A stretch of 64,000 nucleotides of DNA from Heptranchias perlo (Eukaryota): NCBI RefSeq assembly GCF_035084215.1, contig NC_090330.1:2294001-2358000 (forward strand), read 5' to 3'. Made by a program: the position numbers and the translations under genes. The notes below the pieces were generated by a model. The model had not been told where the DNA came from and ran no database searches. It saw only the letters and a program-made list of their open reading frames with translations. Positions 61,245 through 64,000 of the stretch are shown piece by piece. Each line of letters starts with the position of its first letter. Position 1 is the stretch's first letter.

Positions 61245-62025
61245 GCTCTCCTGAGTCTGTCCCCACTCCTGAGATTTGAGCCTCATAATCCAGGCCGACG
61301 CTCCCAGTGCAGTACTGAGCGGGTGCTGCACTGTCAGAGGTGTCGTCTTTCGGATGAGACGTTAAACGGAGGCCCCGTCTGCCCCTCTCAGGTGGACGTA
61401 AAAGATCTCAGGATCACTATTTCGAAGAAGATCTGGAGAGTTCTCCCTGGTGTCCTGGGGCCAATATTTATCCCTCTGTCAGAGAGATTATTTCCCCTGG
61501 CTGGAGAGTCTAGAACTAAGGGGGCATAGTCGCAGGATAAGGGGTCGGCCATTTAAGACTGAGATGAGGAGGAATTTCTTCATTCGGAGGGTTGTGAATC
61601 TTTGGAGTTCTCTACCCCAGAGGGCTGTGGATGCTGAGTGATTGATTGAATATATTCAAGACTGAGATCGATAGATTTTTGGACTCCAGGGGAATCAAGG
61701 GATATGGGGATCGGGCAGGAAAGTGGAGTTGAGGTCGAAGATCAGCCATGATCTTATTGAATGGTGGAGCAGGCTCGAGGGGCCGTATGGCCTGCTCCTG
61801 CTCCTATTTCTTATGTTGTTATGTTCAATCAACATCACCAAAAAAAAACCCAGATTATCTGGTCATTTATCTCATTGCTGTTTGTGGGATCTTGCTGTGT
61901 GCAAATTGACTACCATGTTTCCCTACCTTACAACGGTGACTACATTTCAAAAAGTACTTAATTGGCTGTAAAGCACTTTGGGACATCCTGAGGTCGTGAA
62001 AGGCGCCATATAAATGCAAGTTTTC
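61245..62025 (+). mobile_element. Deu-domain SINE split by a CR1 3' fragment (about 61480-61820)
   Basis: The SINE breaks at TTATCCCTC and resumes at TCAATCAACATCAC; the CR1 end lies between. Confidence 0.78.
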
Positions 62026-62064
62026 TCTTAGTGCTGCAGTGTCAGAAGTGAAATCATTCCAATC

Positions 62065-62360
62065 AGCCGCCACAAACAGCAATGTGATAATGACCTGATA
62101 ATCTGTTTTTTAGTGATGTTGGTTGAGGGATAAATATTGGCCCCAGGACACCGGGGAGAACTCCCCCCTGCTCTTCTTCGAAATAGTGGCCGTGGGATCT
62201 TTTACATCCACCTGAGAGGGGCAGGCGGGGCCTCGGTTTCACGTTTTGTCCGAAAGACGGCACCTCCGATAGTGCGGCACTCCCTCAGCACTGCACCAGG
62301 AGTGTCGGGCCTGGATTTTGAGCGTCTGGAGTGGGGACTTGAATCCACGACCTTCTGAGT
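62065..62360 (-). mobile_element. Deu-domain SINE
   Basis: Reverse complement of the core. Confidence 0.78.
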
Positions 62361-63309
62361 CAGGGGGGAGAGTCACGTCCCACTTGGATCGTGCCGGTGG
62401 AGAAGAATCCTCGGCCCAGCTCCCGATACAGCAAAACCAATCCCCATGTCCACACTGCTTCCCAGAGTGACAGAGCTCGTATCCGGGATCGTCCGGGACA
62501 GATTGTGCAGGGTAGAATGAAGAGCGAGGCAGAGTGCTGCAGCCTGACTGAGAGAGAAGACGACAGTGTCACTGGGATGCGAGAAATCTGTTGCCCGTTG
62601 GCGCCCAGTACATTCTCTCCGAGTTTTATATGAATCCGGACAGAGTGTCAGTGGGCTATTTGACCATAGAAGGAATCACAACCAACCCAGATCCTGTCCT
62701 TCAAAACACACTGGGGGTAATTTTGACTTTTATAGCCGGATGATAGTGAACGGGCAGGCAGTTTTACACCCGGCCCGATTTGCTTTTCCATTGAAACGGT
62801 GGCTGGTTTTCCCACTCTGTCAACCCAGGGGCAGCATGGTCAATTGCAGTGACTCAGTGACGCAGCTCCCTACCTGGCTGCAACTGGCTAACTCATGCCA
62901 ATCGGGATCTTCCTCGTCTGCCCAGCTCCCAGTCTCTCAGCCCTCGGCTGGGCCAAAGAGATCGTTAATTTATAATTCAATGGACCACGAGTCTGTTCCA
63001 CTTCAAGGGAGGTCCCTTGTCGATCTGTAATCTGACATATTTTATCATTGCAAGGCTTTGCGTTTTTTATTTGGTGTTACTCTGTGTCGTTGTGTTCCTT
63101 AAAGGGAGGGCGTCCTTATTCTACATTTCTCCCCTCTTCACCTCGCTGGGGCGCAGCACCACCCGCCCCCCCACCGTCCCATCGGCCCTCGGTTACCCCA
63201 ATGCCGAGTGGCCACTGCTCCACCTGGGAACTTAAACCAGGTGAGAGTAAGACAGGTGTGTGTCTGTGGAGGTGGGTCCCAGTGGGCACAATCCTGGCCC
63301 CTCACTGAC

Positions 63310-63612
63310 ATCCACACACACACAAGCCCACAGGCACGCTCACACACACTCACACTCACGCACACTCACACGCACTCTCACTCACGCACACTCATACTCG
63401 CGCACTCACGCACACACATTCGCGCATGCTCATACTCATGCACACTCACGCACACTCACACACACTCATGCTCACACTCATGCATATGTAGACTCGTGCA
63501 CACACACGCACGCATTCGTACTCATGCACACATACATACACACGCTCACGCACACACACGCATGAGAACACACACACTCATTTTCAAGCTCACGCACAGA
63601 CACACCCACACA
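63310..63612. repeat. Imperfect (CA)n microsatellite
   Basis: Directly visible. Confidence 0.9.
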
Positions 63613-64000
63613 CTTTCCAGCAGGGATCACTGGCGAGTGACCAGGAGGGGGATCCCTGGCAGATTTTGTTTCTCCTCCTTAAGCCGAGAGGGGCGTGTGC
63701 TTGTTGTATTTCTGGCCCGAGATCTGGACGCTCAAGTTTGCGTTTGTCTGAGTAAAGTCGATATTTAGTGGAGTGGGCGGAGAGACCAATCGAGTCAAAT
63801 ATATCCGGGGGAGACAGGGAATCTCACCGGAAGGTCTTTTGCCTACAAAATGTCTATGAGCTAAAATAAACTCTTATGTTGGAAGATAATGATTGCTTCA
63901 TTTTCCCTGTTGTGATGTGATAACCTGCTATTAATCAGCAAACTGTAACATTATCTGTCAAAGAACGAGTTCACCAAATTCCTCCTAAAAATAAACATTC

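Noticed and set aside
63208-63768. His/Thr-rich 186-aa ORF
   Set aside because: (CA)n microsatellite translation.
44600-64000. TOMT or ANAPC15 exons expected from synteny
   Set aside because: No methyltransferase-like (ELGTYCGYS) or ANAPC15-like translation was seen.

Overview
Repeat-rich vertebrate genomic DNA. The repeat complement (CR1 with 8-bp tails, Deu-domain SINEs, L2 tails, Penelope pLTR) points to a cartilaginous fish, probably a shark (inference). Three spliced genes were reconstructed by hand with consistent GT-AG phases: LRRC51 (+, 5 coding exons, 12304-22488, 229 aa), LAMTOR1 (-, 5 coding exons, 44050-27577, 162 aa) and an SFRP2-like gene (+, 3 exons, 57067-61021, 318 aa). There are two CpG-island promoters: about 11.9-12.75 kb (probably bidirectional; the divergent gene is expected to be NUMA1 by synteny) and about 43.9-44.6 kb (LAMTOR1, with CLEAR/E-box and ETS clusters). 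The most notable non-genic structures are: (1) a three-layer nest at 50.4-53.3 kb, in which a tRNA-headed SINE with its anticodon stem-loop amplified about 28-fold is split by a CR1, which itself carries a palindromic Penelope-like insert with a minimal hammerhead ribozyme and a TSD; (2) a near-full-length single-ORF LINE whose 5' UTR matches the body of that SINE family and which contains its own bipartite non-autonomous derivative; (3) four dispersed, co-oriented arrays of one 67-bp unit; (4) an in-frame LRRC51 exon 3-CR1 RT read-through ORF. Most ORFs in the supplied track are repeat-derived or spurious. Family names come from recall, not from database searches.
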